From: a virus
Lineage: Duplodnaviria; Caudoviricetes
DNA length: 27,513 bases
Reading direction: 5' to 3' (one strand)
Virus record (IMG/VR): IMGVR_UViG_3300049594_000052
Location: 1 to 27,513 of that record
Shown here: piece after piece, positions 27,289-27,513 of the stretch
Layout: each line of letters opens with the position of its first letter
Numbering within the stretch: the stretch's first letter is position 1
Translations under genes and position numbers: made by a program
The notes under the pieces: generated by a model
Databases searched by the model: none
Seen by the model: only the letters and a program-made list of their open reading frames with translations
Told to the model about the DNA's origin: nothing

Positions 27289-27513
27289 ATGGCTAACACA
27301 TTTGAGGCAATAGCCACAGTAACTGTGGGTAGTGGTGGGGCTACAACTATTGATTTTACAAGCATACCTGCGACTTATACTGATTTATTACTAAAAATTT
27401 CTGCGAGAGATAATTTTGCGGCAGTATTTACAGACGGTGGTTTTTTATTAACTTTTAATAATTCAGGTTCTGGATATTCAAGCAGACTTATTTACGGAGT
27501 GGGCAGCCCATTT
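27289..27513 (+). CDS. Tail-tip triad protein 3 (copy B), 3'-truncated
   Basis: MANTFEAIATVTVGSGGATTIDFTSIPATYTDLLLKISAR..., open to the window end. Confidence 0.7.
   Translation, partial: MANTFEAIATVTVGSGGATTIDFTSIPATYTDLLLKISARDNFAAVFTDGGFLLTFNNSGSGYSSRLIYGVGSPF

Overview
The whole window is tailed-phage DNA with essentially every gene on the + strand. The host is probably an actinobacterium; this is inferred from the M15 endolysin type and leaderless TANNNT-ATG starts. It reads as two parts. Segment A (1-~4350) is a virion module: a Gly-X-Thr collagen-like fibre, GT25 and GT4 glycosyltransferases, an adaptor-like protein and a fibre protein. Segment B (~4348-26320) is an apparently complete, very small (~21,973 bp unit) HK97-type siphovirus. 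It carries lysis genes, two GT2-like enzymes plus an epimerase, a Rad52/Sak-like annealase, endonuclease VII, HNH, a ParB-methyltransferase, TerS/TerL, portal, protease, capsid, neck, tail tube, a frameshifted chaperone, tape measure, tail tip and fibre. No integrase, repressor or DNA replication gene is recognisable. Segment B is bracketed by a ~440 bp, ~98% identical direct repeat inside a cassette of three translationally coupled paralogous tail-tip genes. The cassette is present twice with conserved frameworks and hypervariable loops. This fits either a phage-in-phage cointegrate formed through the shared cassette or an assembly chimera. Notable non-coding elements are a highly structured ~330 nt region with a G7-TA-G7 tract (candidate RNA-primed origin), a 4x GACACCTC capsid leader, and a 24-bp anti-RBS stem plus leader peptide after the capsid gene. 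All product calls come from motif recognition and gene order by eye, not from database searches.
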